A stretch of 63,675 nt of DNA, counting the filler, from Choristocarpus tenellus KU-1152 (Eukaryota > Protista > Phaeophyceae), in assembly GCA_964200185.2 (NCBI GenBank). It is 14 parts of 14 records of this genome, joined end to end, with 100 filler letters (N's around TTAATTAATTAA, not from the genome) between each part and the next. Parts side by side here need not be neighbours in the genome. Positions count along the whole stretch, not along the records: positions 8,421 to 12,050 come from CAXNAD020018852.1; positions 12,151 to 18,960 come from CAXNAD020007297.1; positions 19,061 to 23,773 come from CAXNAD020013368.1; positions 23,874 to 30,219 come from CAXNAD020008341.1; 10 more parts are not named here. The stretch is one strand, 5' to 3'. Both the position numbers and the translations under genes were made by a program. Below are positions 11,414-24,067 of this stretch, one piece after another; position 1 is the first letter of the stretch; the number at the start of each line of letters is the position of its first letter. The notes under the pieces are model-generated. The model was given only the letters and a program-made list of their open reading frames with translations, had not been told where the DNA came from and ran no database searches.

Positions 11414-11868
11414 CTATATACTCTGCTTCTGCAGTCGACTGTGCTATGACATGTTGGGTCCTGGAAAGCCAAGAAGCAGCTGCCCCCCCCCACATCACTA
11501 CCCTCCATGATACAGAACGTCTGTAAAAGGTCTCAGTGGCAAAATCCGTATCAGCGTAGGTCATCAAGTCCAATCCTTTGCCTTTCTGGTAGATTAAGCC
11601 CAGCTCTCGCGTCCCTTTGAGATACTTGAGGATCTGGGTCACAGCTCTTCAATGTACTTGGCTCAGAGCATGCGAATGACGGCAAACAGCTCTTACTGCA
11701 TTTAGCCACATCTGGCCTGGTCATGTTGCTGACCCACATCAATCCTCCAACCGCCTCACGGAAGGAACAATCCTTTGAGATTTTGTCCCCCTCCCTAATT
11801 CTAAGCTTTCTAGATGGGGCTGCAGGGGTGGGAGTGGTCGATTGGATAGAGAAACGTTCACATAAGCT
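11414..11868 (-). pseudogene. Copia RT C-terminus / RNase H N-terminus (host element)
   Basis: MWVSNMTRPDVA...ILKYLKGT...YADTDFA...RRSVS...QSTAEAEYI. Confidence 0.9.
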
Positions 11869-12050
11869 GGGTCGAAGTATCTGGGGGGGGGGGTGTTCAA
11901 TTAGACTCTTGCAACTCTATCGGACAGTTACGGTAAAATATGTATAGAGTAATGGAACAATCAATTAGTGGTTGATTTATCAGAACCTTTTACTAGTGAT
12001 TAGTTTATGGGAAATTTCTCATATAAAAAGGAAATATTTCCGTTGTTATG
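11869..12050. mobile_element. Sola-like TIR element end (GGGTC variant), truncated by linker
   Basis: GGGTCGAAGTATCTGGGGGGGGGGG terminus interrupting the copia RT; similar ends at 41497, 45336 and 51857. Confidence 0.65.
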
Positions 12051-12789
12051 NNNNNNNNNNNNNNNNNNNNNNNNNNNNNNNNNNNNNNNNNNNNTTAATT
12101 AATTAANNNNNNNNNNNNNNNNNNNNNNNNNNNNNNNNNNNNNNNNNNNNAGCACATCTAACAGTCCAAATCCAAATTTGTTATTGCAGTTGCGTGGGGG
12201 TGTGGGGGGGCAGGTGGCAGGCTGGGGTGAGGATTGAACTGTTGTATGATAGCAACAAAGACTATGGATCCAGTAGGAATCAATACACTCACTAAAGATT
12301 GTTTTCGTGTCCACTACTTTGCTGCCAAGGAAAAAATCAATCCCAAACATACCAATACGATAACCTCGCGACTATTTTTCAGACCTTTCAAATCACAAGA
12401 AACAAACGAGAGAAGGGTGTGCATACACCAAGCAATACAATGCCGCACACAAGCATGCTCTTGTCACAAACTGCACCCTACTACGACCACATACCCCACG
12501 TCCTTCCCTCCTCACCCACCCTTCAACCCATCCAGTTTACCTTTTCGATCGCCCTACTTACCCTCTCTTCCACCAACCTTTGCCCCTTTCCCGCACCTCT
12601 CCCTCCAGTCTCCATCTCCAACCCCACCCCTCGTCCGGTGTCTCTGATACCAACACAGGGACTATCATCATCTTCGACCCTTGCGCCCCTCTCTGGCTGT
12701 CCTTTACAATTCTGCCCCTTTCGCTGATTACAGTCATATCCCAGATTACCGCTGCTCACCCCAGGTCCCCAAGGAAGCCCCACACGCTG

Positions 12790-13783
12790 CTTCCCTCCCC
12801 ATTCCTTTTCCTTGCTATTCGAAGCTTTGGCATAGGTCGCAACAGCACATTCCTCAACTCGGAGGTCGCCGCCGCTTGGAATGAGATCTGGATCGACGAC
12901 ATCGTCTGCACTTAGGCGCAAAGAAGGGCCATTGATCCCCTCTTGGAGTAGGCAAAGAGTGGAAGGGTCCATGAAACTCCCTGAACAAGTGGGGAGCGGA
13001 CGCTTGTGAAAGGGTGCTGTGGGCATTAATGAGTGGCACTAGGTGGGCAATCGATTGATGAAGAGGATGGGGCGGAAGTGAGGACCGGGATTGAGAGGTA
13101 CGCTGGAGGGTGTTCTTCCCGATGGACTGATATCGAGTAGGGAAAGTTGGGGATCGAGTTTTCTCGCCCCGGTAACTTTTGGGTAAGCAATCCAATGCAT
13201 GTGTATTCCAGACTTGATTGCCATGCTAGATGGGCGTTTCTCGCTATCAAGCGAGAAACAAATTCACGGGGTTGGTGTTTGTTCAGGGAGTAGATCTTAG
13301 ACAACAGGTCGTGGGATATACTTGGAACTTTGGTGAACATTCTTAGGTCTGCCAGGGTGCATCGGTCGCCTTTCGAAATTATGAATTGGTATTAAAACTA
13401 TATCAGGTTAATAAGCCCGTCTGATGTACCAGCTTCGAAAATCAGACAGCCTTCTGCACCTTGTGCACTTAGGACTTCAAGCGGATCCAACCCTTGTATC
13501 ATGCGGGGCAAGCATTTTTGGGCGTACCTCCACCTCCACGATGTAATCTGACCCCATGTTTCCTGTTGTAGCTCACCAAAAATCCTTCTAAGACGTCGGA
13601 GAAGCAAGCCGCCTTCCCATCCCCTCGCCACACAAAGGTGTGTTCTGGACCCTTAGTACCATCGTAGTGGACATAGATTTTGAACTTTGAACTCGGGCCA
13701 TTCCCTGCAGGTAGCTGCATCGACCCGCGACGCTTCTCTTCAGGTAGCGGCAGCTTTTGAGAACTTTCTAAGGCGGCACGCAT
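12790..13783 (-). CDS. Hypothetical protein, 5' exons (3' part lost at contig end)
   Basis: Protein-like exon KFKIYVHYDGTKGPEHTFVW...FSDVLEGFLVSYNRKHG and downstream exon ...LRLSADDVVDPDLIPSGGDLRVEE; splice sites not fully resolved. Confidence 0.5.
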
Positions 13784-14017
13784 CTCAGCTACTCAAGAGA
13801 AGGACAACCACAGAAGGAAGGCATAGTAGAGGCAGAGCCGGTTCTCTATATTGAAACATCAAAAGTTGATGTACAACAAAGTGGTTTTCGTTAAGGGTTA
13901 GGGTTTCTTATATGACGTAACGTCGGAAACAGTATCATGATAGGTTATGTACGACATGTAGTACAATGGTACTAGTCTCCTTTGTATGCATGGTGCGCTT
14001 TTACCTGAGAGAGAAGT

Positions 14018-17000
14018 ATGCTTAATGCCCACGGCAGTGAGAACGTGGAGCTAGGTCACACACATAATGCTCTCAAAAATGCCCTCAAGGTTGCTGCTCG
14101 GAAAGGCACTCGACGATCGTACAGGCTGGACACCTCGAGGTGCAACACTGAGGAAATGACTGGCCTGCTCGAACTTGCGGCGCAAGAGGTATTCGGTATC
14201 AGTGAACCCCTGTTTAGTCCTAACCTCCCGCGTAAACAGAAAGGCAGCCCTTTTCGACGCCCACATAAATACCAAATTCCTTTCCCCACCCTCCCCAGCG
14301 ACATGCCCTTGACGCCAGATTCCGAAACTTATCGAAGGCGATGCGAGGATTGTCGTCAACAACTCCTAGAGCAAGGGGAATTAAAGAGAAGTCTACCAGT
14401 CTTTTCAAGTCCGGCCACTCTGACTCGTGTGCAAGTATCACCAAAAAAATACAAAAATCAAGGTCGATGCCGAGAAGAGTTACAAGGAATAAACCTGGTC
14501 CAGCAAGTCAAACCAAAGATGGCATTTATAGCGACCATGCTGCGACCTGCACCGTCCAGCATCAACCTCGAACTCGGCAGATTCCCCCCCATGAAAAAAT
14601 ATCCGCAGCGCACTCTCAAATCTCTTCAGACGGCAAGATGAATATTGCGACAATATGTCCCGTTGAGCCGGACGAGAAGCTGGTGACATTGGGCAGTGAG
14701 AGAACTCCAAGAGAGCAAACTCCGAGTGAGCAGACTCTGAATGAGGGGTATGAAGGGCGCATAAATGTCGCATTGGAAAAAAAGGAGGGTCAAATATCAT
14801 CAAAGAGTGAGCATGTTTTGGAACCAACGATGAAATCACACAAACAGAGTGGAATTGGAAAGGTGGAGGAGCCTCTTCTTGGAAGTATGGGTTCTACTCA
14901 CACTCCACTTACTGATATAGATGCAACTGAACTGGTAAGCTTCGATAACGATTTTTTCGCCGATGGTGAAGAGAATAGGGAGAATCCAACCCCGAAATCA
15001 TCAGAACCTCCTCCACCCTGTACCCACGTCTTTAGAGAAGGGAGGGTTACCTCACCAGGAGTTCCGCAGACCAGTTTCAGTCTAGAAAAGTTCCATGAAA
15101 GATGTGATGAGCAGGTGAGGAAATTGGACCAAGAAAAGATCAGGGAGACAGGACAGAAGGTGACGAAGACATTGCTAAAATCGAACGGGGCATCACAGGA
15201 GCAAGAAGTGAGAGGGAGTTGCGAATATAAGCCACCCAACATTGACCGCACCAATCTACCACTACACAGAGTTGAAGCTGATCGTCAATGGGGCCATGTC
15301 GGCATTGACAAGGAAGCAGGAAATGCACTAGTACGATGGAGCCATAGTCAAGTGCCAGGTTGCCAAGATAGGCACCAGAGACCTAGCTCCAGGAGCTATG
15401 ATGAGGAAAATCAGTCAGCACGAGCCCAAATCAAGAAAGAACCCAACCCTGAACCAGTCAGGACAGAGACTAAAAAAATAAGATTGAACGCACGAAAACA
15501 CAGCATTCAATCCTCTGTCATAGCGCATGTTGATGGAAACATAACCCCTGAAATTCCCTTCACAGAAGAGCCCTGGAAAAGGAAAGATGAACTGAGAAAA
15601 GGGTCTTCAAGGCAATACGCACCATCAGAAGAGTTGAGTGAAATTGACTGGGGTGGAATAGACACAGATAGTAGATATGAGTGGAGCAATGGTTTGGTTG
15701 AAGAGAAGCAATTTTCTAAGCTTGGAGCAATGGGACGGCAGAATCAACCTGAGGGGAGCCAAATACAAAAAGAGGATCAAGGAATGGAAGATGAGCAAAT
15801 ATGGAACCATGAAGACAATAATAAGGAGCAGGATCAGGAATGGAAAAACAGGGGGCGTCTCCTCTGGTCACTATATGCAGAACCCACCACAAGAGAAAGG
15901 GAAGCAGGCTCATTTAGAAAGGAACATCTAGATCATACCTGTGGCAATGCTCATGGTCTTCACAGCAACAATACCACCAGCATTGGAGAAAGCTGGATAG
16001 TTAATGAAGGGTCCAAGCCTGATGCTGACATGATGTCATCTTCAATAGTTGTGCTTGGACCCTACCGTGGTCTGTACGACAGATCCCTTATCGCAAATGG
16101 CATATGTCCCCCCCCTGCCTCTGGACCACCGTCCCCTCGATACCCTGGAATGGGGCAGGGGCCAGGGGGGTTAATACCACATCCTCCTACCCTTGGTCCT
16201 CAACTTCATCCAAGAGCTATCCAACTCTCTGCTGACACAACTGGAAAACAGGGGGGAGCTGGGTTGTACACAATTGACAGTGCCCTTCTCAAGGTGAGGT
16301 GTGGTGTTGAAAGGTCACCCACAAGCGGTTTACCAGACAGGCTAGAGGCCGGTCGTGTTTTTGAATCATTGAGTCAACGGGCACGAATGCTTGGGACTCA
16401 ACATCCAACTCAACTCCATACCAAGACGGCCTGGATGGAGGTTCCAGGGGACAAAAATTACAGGTGAGGATCTGAGATATGCAAAAGTGATTTTGGTTTG
16501 AGTGTTTGTTAAAGCAATCTAACTTGCTATGTACAGCAAAGCACTCTCAACCTATCTGAGCAAAAACAAATACTGTCAGGGGGCGAAGGTGCTACATCTG
16601 AAACATCTCAAAGGAAATTGAGATAATTGGATTTCAACATTTTGTGAATGTAATATGACCGTACTATGTATTAGTATAAAAAGCTCATCATGCTTGGTTC
16701 TGGAAAGCCCAACCTATCCATCCACTCCTCTATGATTTATCCTGCAAAGGAGTGAGCAATTGGACTCATCCTGTAGTGAATGGAGAGGAAATGTTATAAG
16801 GAAAAAATGGCTGGGATCCTCCATTCCTTGCATAAACTAGCATCTGCAACATGGATGTAGTCTGGCAGTATAAATTGCATCCCAGTATCAACATGTGTTG
16901 TCATCCACATAGACAAAGAGATATCTGTTTACTCTTCTGCTCTTCTCCTCTCACACCTTTTCTCAGTCTTAAAGAGGGCTCAGAGGGCATGCTGGCAAAG

Positions 17001-17690
17001 TTTGCAATCATTCGCGGGGGTGAATCAAGGCAGAAGTCGCGAAGAAGGAGCACCCAGTCATCCGACACAAAGCCAATCCTTCGTGCCACCATAGGAGTAG
17101 CAACTTCCCCTGATTATATTTCCTCCCCCATACCCCTAGTTGCACAAAATTGTGCACGATGTCGTCCTGAACGCACAGCACAACCACATCCCCAGTTTGA
17201 AAAGTCAAAAGTTCCGCTATCCTCGCCATCAGCAAAGGATGGGGCCAGAGCTATTGTAACTACTGCTAGGCAGCCCAACAGGTACGCTAGCTCACTCAGC
17301 GGTTGCCCTTCAAATTATGATCACAATTTTTCGAGCATGGCAATGGCTGTAACGGCGTCTGCAGAAGCAGCTTCACAAGCAGCAGTTGCAGCAGCTGCTG
17401 CTATCAAAACATCGAGCTCAACATCTACAGTTGTTGCCCACCTCCTTGGAAACTACATATCTTCAAGCTCTGTAGGTCCTAAGAAAGGGACAAATAGAAA
17501 CAATGTAGAGGATCTGCCTGTCTTCGGTGCAGTTACCACCACCTTCAGGAAGCAGGATGCTCAGAGAGGCCCTCATCGGGACCCTGCAGCGAAGTGTAGG
17601 GCAGAGGTTACAGGAGGGGGTGGAAGGAGTGGAGGACACACTTCCTCCTCATCCAGCTCTGGCCCGTGTGGTAGAACTCATTGTGCCTGA
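14018..17690 (+). CDS. Large low-complexity hypothetical protein (long exon ~14018-16293 with an apparent single frameshift; further exon ~16967-17690)
   Basis: Overlapping 207-aa and 708-aa ORFs join naturally at the A7 run 14443-14449 (VSPKK/IQKSRSMPR). Donor AAG|GTGAGG at ~16293; polypyrimidine acceptor at ~16966. Confidence 0.55.
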
Positions 17691-19060
17691 GTTTCGTGAG
17701 AAATGACTCCCAACTCCTTTCCAATTTACTTCTCAATAAAATGTCTTCAAGTCGTTATTTCAAATATATAGGGCAAGCTAGGATACGTATCCTTCCACTT
17801 CTTACTTGTTGTGTAAGACAACAGCATGCCAAAACACCTTATGCTTTATCCTGAGAATAAGATTGCCCTGTCAATATAGATTCTATGATCTACTTCCTGT
17901 ACCATCTGACTCTTTGCCATCACCTGTATACACTCCAATATAACCGTGCCAGCCTGAACTCTGTACTACTTTAATGTTTCTGGAACATTTGCTGCAAAAT
18001 ATCCCTTTTGAGTGCACATGAGGTATATATAAGTACCCATGAAGCATGAAAGGTTGCATTGCCCCTGTAATCTATCCCCAGCAATGCCGTTGGAAATGGA
18101 GGCTCTTGAATATTGTTTTGTTAATTGTAGCTTCAAAGCAGAATACATTACTCAACCATTGAATGATGTAGCAGGTTTTCAGAGGTAAGTTAATCAGCCA
18201 TTCATGAGCGTTCAGATGCCTCTCAGATCACTTTCATGTGTCTATACACGACTGATGAAACTCCTGGCTATCTCATGCACAAGGTGTATCGAAAAATATC
18301 ATCTAGCCATTCCAAGTTTGAATAATGTAGAAGAAGGCAGTACATAGCGTCTAATAAGTCTGACCAGAATAACTATACGGTATATATATAAACTTTGCAG
18401 AATAGTGTGCTTCCACATCATGAAGGGGCACAGGGATGATCACCCTCCCCTTGACTCCTTTCACTTTTCCTATGACATGAACTCAATACCATATGCAGAC
18501 TTGCACAGACCCAACCTATGATATGGGAATAGAAATTATGCTCGAGAAAACATTGTACTCGGAGCATATGATACTCCAGACAACTCAGTCTGTATATACA
18601 TGACTATGTCTCTGTTCTTCAAAGTACCCTTCATGATATCATATTCTGGAGAATGTCAGTGGGCATAAGAAAAATATATATACATACAAGGTGAGCTAAT
18701 TAGTGCTTAGTGGACAACAACAGGTATGGCTTCGACTTGGCCGTTCATGCTCCCTTTGATGTACATCCTGAACGGACTGTGTACTCCTTTTCTACAGCAG
18801 TAGCAGAGATGATACAGATCCTACTGTATGCCCGCTCTAATCACTCCCAATATTCTGCCCTACACAACAGCAGGCATGGCCTCGGCTTGGCTGTGTACTG
18901 ATGAAACCTGAATCGAATGCATTGTATATGATACATAGACTACGAAGGAAGAGGAATCATNNNNNNNNNNNNNNNNNNNNNNNNNNNNNNNNNNNNNNNN
19001 NNNNTTAATTAATTAANNNNNNNNNNNNNNNNNNNNNNNNNNNNNNNNNNNNNNNNNNNN

Positions 19061-19116
19061 CATACAAAATTGACCCCAAATGGACAGCCGCCACCCCCTC
19101 CCAGATACTTTGAGCC
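19061..19116. mobile_element. Sola-like MITE family A end
   Basis: ...GACCCCAAATGGACAGCCGCCACCCCCTCCCAGATACTTTGAGCC. Confidence 0.85.
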
Positions 19117-19699
19117 AAATGGGTAACCCACATAGAAGTGGGTTCTTCATCTCCAAGTGATCATGAAATCAAATACCAACACAAAGTCAGAGATTGACGT
19201 TTAGGGATAGGGTGCTGGGATGAGAAAAGTTGAAGTTGAGGGAAGACAATTTGATTGGGTGAATATGTTACATTGTTAAGAGCCAAATGTAAACGAGGTA
19301 CTCAGGTTTTAACCGTTTGGCATTGTAAGACAGTTTTCGATCTTTCGTCTTTCACCCATATTTCCATGGATCAAGACTTAAGTCTGAGTTGAGATCGCTG
19401 ATTTCTCTAGTGTTTGAAAGTATTCGACACAATTAAGAAAATATCCTTTACCCATTTGTAAAAAACCAGAAATTTTGACATTTCTGTCAGCATCCGTAGA
19501 ATGAAACTCTAGGCACCACAAATTCCCCCTCTGCTGCATAGGATTCCGGAAACGGGAACTCAGTGATCATGCCCTAACCTGTACGGATACCTCCTATAAA
19601 GACTGGGTGTGGAAGTAATAGTAAGAAAACTACTGAGTTCTCAGAAAGAATGATAAGACAATAAAGAAGAAATAATTTATTGAATTAAAGCTGATAACA

Positions 19700-20110
19700 A
19701 TCGGCTATTTTAGGCGACTACTATAATCTTTTTTCTAAATTGATACAACGGCACATAACTGGGGGCTCCTATTTCCTGGGACAGTAGTTCGTATGGGAGA
19801 TGGGTAACTTCCCAAGATATTGATGTTTGGGGAGATCACAAATCGAAAACTGAAGCAAGGTGGAAAGGAGAAGAACCGGTGGCCATGTCTCCAACACAAC
19901 CACGACAAGTTTGTGATGGAGTTGAGGGTTGAGAATGAAAGTCACCAACCAAGAGGAGTGTTATGAGTGTGTGGCTAATGGTACAATAAGGTTCACGATA
20001 GAATGGTATTCCAGGAAAGCTGCTATATTTTTAGCTAATGTAGTTTACACCAAAGCAGCAGCTAAGGTCGCCAGAGCCACCAAAACCACCATTACCATTG
20101 TCTGCTGAGT
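19700..20110 (+). mobile_element. Decayed RTE-clade LINE 3' fragment
   Basis: TVVRMGDG*LPKILMFGEI...KQGGKEK resembles the RTE ORF C-terminal GHVxRMxxxRLPKxxxxGEL motif; related sequence at ~52480-52690. Confidence 0.6.
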
Positions 20111-20239
20111 GCTGTTTTCTTCACGATATTCTTCACTTTCATCCTTTGTTCGATCGCTTTCTTCTCGTATACCATATTTTTTTGGGTGATGTTCTTTTCC
20201 CTCCCATTTTTATTTTTTGCTATTTTTCGTTTTCTAATA

Positions 20240-22356
20240 CCTCCTTGCCATAAGTCTGTGCCGCATTGTCTATAACGTTTGAAGATGTTGACGAAATTCA
20301 TTTCTGAAAGAAGATTTTGAATCCTTGACGATTTTCTGGTTAGAGTCAGCTCTTTTTATTATTATTACTTCCCACCCATCACAATCTTATCAGCCACAGA
20401 AAAAGTCTCCATGTCTTGTTTACAACATGCTCGCCTGTAACAGTCTACCTTCAGGGTGTTTTCAAGCTCACCAGACAACTGCCTCTTCCTTACCCCTGTG
20501 TGCTCCTCACTGAAGTCATTCCCCCCCTTGTATCTAAGTACTTGATTGTACACCACAAAAAGAAGGAGCTGTCAAGCCCTCAAATGTGGTTCATCATACT
20601 CCTCACACTGTTTCTTAATGACCTTCACCATCTTCTCAATGGACCCAAACCACTCCCCCACCGAAACCACTCCCCCACCGCCCGGCATTTCAAAGACCTG
20701 AAGAAGCACGGCTCCATGATATTGAGGTCGGGGGAGTTAGATGGCTGCGTGACAAGCCTAATCGACCACCCCTCAGTCTTCCGTGCCCCTGACAAGATTT
20801 CTGAGCAGCCCTTGCCCGTGTGGGGGGTGGACCGTCTTGCTGAATGGCAACGTGCTTCCCCTATAAGCAAGGCATCTTGGTCTTGATTGCAGGCAGTAAC
20901 TCCTCCGTTTACCACTTCCTGTACCACAAATGGTCTAAGGTACAATCCTGCTCATACACATCCCCCCTCTTTATGGTTCTTGCTTGTCCTGTCTGCCGTT
21001 TTTGGCAAACACACATACCGACACCAAGCTTTGCATCAAAGTTGTGAGCCGAACCTGGGCGTTGGCTGCAATGATCACGGTTTTGGGGATATGACTCTTG
21101 TACTGCACAGTAGGGGACCCTGGAAGGTCGCTATCATCCTCATGCGGAAATACCCTACTCCTTTCCCCATCAGTCATCACGTAAAACCAGGTTTCATCCA
21201 CCTATAACACATGGATCGTGTGCGCCATGGAGGCGTACACACCACGTTTCTGGTCCACTTGATCGCAAACAAAGTTCATTTTCCAAACCTTTTGCCACGA
21301 GTTAAGCTTGGGTTTGATCCAGCAGCGATTTGGCATGGCCCCCATGTCATCCAACCACCTGTTTATCGTGCTCGTGCTATAATTCAGCCCCTTGGCTGGC
21401 AGTCATCTTCATTGTCACCTGACGTACTGTGGATGACCGATTATTGGAGTTGGTACTATGTATTGCGATCATCTTGGTCGGTGTGAGCTCCGAAGGCTGT
21501 TAACTACGTGCCACTACCCCTAGGTCAAGCATGTGGCCACGGGCGAGCTGATTGGCAACGTCCTCCCACAGCCCTCGCATGTAACGCTTGGACACTCCAA
21601 ACTCTGCTGCGAGGGCCGACCCAATGTGTTGCGGCAGTTTTTGCTCGCCAGGGACCATCGTGAGGGTGTGCCGCACTGCAAGCGCAGCCCTGGTATTCAG
21701 GGACACTTGGGGTACCATTCCTACGTGGGGGGGTTGACGGGGGGGTTGCCATGCCGACGTTCTGCCCCTCGACGTGTTGAAGTATTCCACACTGGACCCG
21801 CGGCTTTGGTGCTTAAGGACAAAGAACAGCTTAATATAGATGAGCAAAGTTAATAGTACAAGAGAGGGCTTATGGTCTCGATTCCGCTGACTGACTATGT
21901 GGGTAAGGGTACAGCCTAGACTACCATTATTATTTCTATAGTGTAGGGTTTGTAATCGTCCACACTAATTTACTATGAATCATTTATATACTTAAGTATA
22001 GGAAGTGTACCTTGAACATGATGTAAAAACCAATCAACACTATGGGTCAGTACGTACTATATATCTGTCGATGGCTCTCCATCCTATTATCTAATACATT
22101 GGTGGTGTCTACGTGTATCAGCAGCACTATCTACGAACACGATGTGCCCAGTTTTGGCCCCAAAATCACCATAAAAGACCCCTACTTTGACGGCTTAAAG
22201 CACGTCGAGTTTGTACCTGATGATCCTCGACCCCCACCTTTTCTGAAAGCTGAGAGTCAACCCGATTTCATTCTATGGGTTTATCGTCCGATTCGGTGCC
22301 GTTCTCGCTCGGCGATCCCAGATGTTTCGAGGCACAAACCCTTGGAACAGGGATAG
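20240..22356 (-). mobile_element. Tc1/mariner DNA transposon (plant/oomycete-type transposase pseudogene)
   Basis: Motifs DETWFY, KSHIPK, QPSNSPDLNIM..CFFRSLK. Imperfect Stowaway-like TIRs, each flanked by TA (20238-20239, 22357-22358). Confidence 0.85.
21775..22139. mobile_element. Solo LTR inserted in the mariner 5' region
   Basis: TGTT...AACA termini; TSD CGACG/CGATG; absent from the paralogous mariner copy at 41618-41906. Confidence 0.85.
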
Positions 22357-22599
22357 TATATTTCTTAACGTCTTTTTCTTACCCTACTTTGTATTTCTTT
22401 CATAATCCTTCCTTTTTCTCAAGGAGTGCGTACGTGATAATATTGGAAAGTTTTGGGCGCGTCGGTAAGCAAGGGAATGTTTTCTGGGTGAGCTAGCTAC
22501 GCACATGGTAGGGGGGAGAAGGACAGGAGGCTACAGCAGGAAAGGGGCGGTCAAATCCCGTCTACTCCAGATAGTCTCAGTCTCAACGCAAGTAGCACT

Positions 22600-22890
22600 A
22601 TCTCGACGTGTAATATCCCTCATGCTGGAGACGCATGGAGATGGGCAAAAAGAGGTGTGTTAGATTCTTAGGATACTTCCCTAGCTCCTCACCCTGGGGT
22701 AAAGGACTAAGCCAGGTTAGAGGCACAGGAAGGCATAGGTAGTAGTAAAATACTCCAGAGTAGTAAGTTGATTACTGTCTTCCATATTTTACAACTGTGA
22801 CGTTTGTAGGGATTATTCTGACATGTGAAGAGTTTTCATTGTTTTTTCCCCGATACACATCCAAAATATCAGACATCATAATATATATTA
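22600..22890 (+). mobile_element. Decayed LINE 3' end
   Basis: GAGATGGGCA...GATTCTT.GGAT.ACT.CCCTAGCTCC and a degenerate terminal ...ACACATC...TCAGA..CATAATA, homologous to 36085-36375. Confidence 0.55.
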
Positions 22891-24067
22891 GTATAATAGT
22901 ATTGACACAAACTACTATGGAACGCTAGAAATAATGGTATCACCCATAACGACAACAATGATATGCCATCAACGTAGTTAATTGAACCTTTTCACTGCAG
23001 CTTTTTTGACGAGTGCGACAAGAAGGGAAGGTGGCAATTTCCCCGAAATGGCACGCAGAACTTCTCGAAATGTATCGCAAGATCTCTATATCAAATGGTT
23101 TTTGACAAAGTTGACATGTGCGATACAGAACACTTCCACAAAACCAAGGACACGCCCCATTACATGAATGCACTAAAAAGTTGCTGATGTCGTAAAGTTC
23201 AACTAGGTTTCGGATCACAAAAGATGGAACAACTGGATTCGCACTCTACCTGTGCAGGGTGGAGGCAACACTTTCCCACAGGAAAAACTTACCATTTCCA
23301 ATGCCACAATGATCACCACGGGTGCTCGGTGTACAACTCCAAGGGTGGGGACTGAGTCATCAAATCCTCGACCATATTTAGTTGCAACATTCAGTTGCAT
23401 TAAGGAAAGAAATTGTGGCAGAAGGAGGATCACCTTCAGCCAAATGCATAGATAGAAGTAAGTCAAGTATGCCTAGTATTAATGGTGAAGATTTACACGA
23501 TGCGTGGAACCAGATCCGATGATATCCAATTGTAGATGGTAATGGGTGATGGATAAGGGAAGAGGCATAACTATCAATATGCTGTAACCAAGAACATATG
23601 TAACAGAGAAAATATGCTGGGAAAATAATGTAGGAGTTGTAAAGTTGGATAAGTTCATTCTACGACGCCCACATTATTAGTCAGAGAAAGGACAACCCTT
23701 GTCCATCCGACTCATGAAGAAATCTGCAGTGAAAGGTTGGTGAAGACCCAAAGTATCTGGGAGGGGGGGGGGGNNNNNNNNNNNNNNNNNNNNNNNNNNN
23801 NNNNNNNNNNNNNNNNNTTAATTAATTAANNNNNNNNNNNNNNNNNNNNNNNNNNNNNNNNNNNNNNNNNNNNGGGGAGAGACCCATCATTGTCCCTACC
23901 CCCCAAACACCCCCCCAATATAGGTTTTTTTCAACAAACCCGCCCCCCCCCCCCCCCCCAACACGTATATATATATATATATATATATGAAGGTGACAAG
24001 GCAAGATAATTGGCAACATATCAGGGGGAAGGAGATGTTACGCAAGGTTCATGGCGCATGTATGTAC

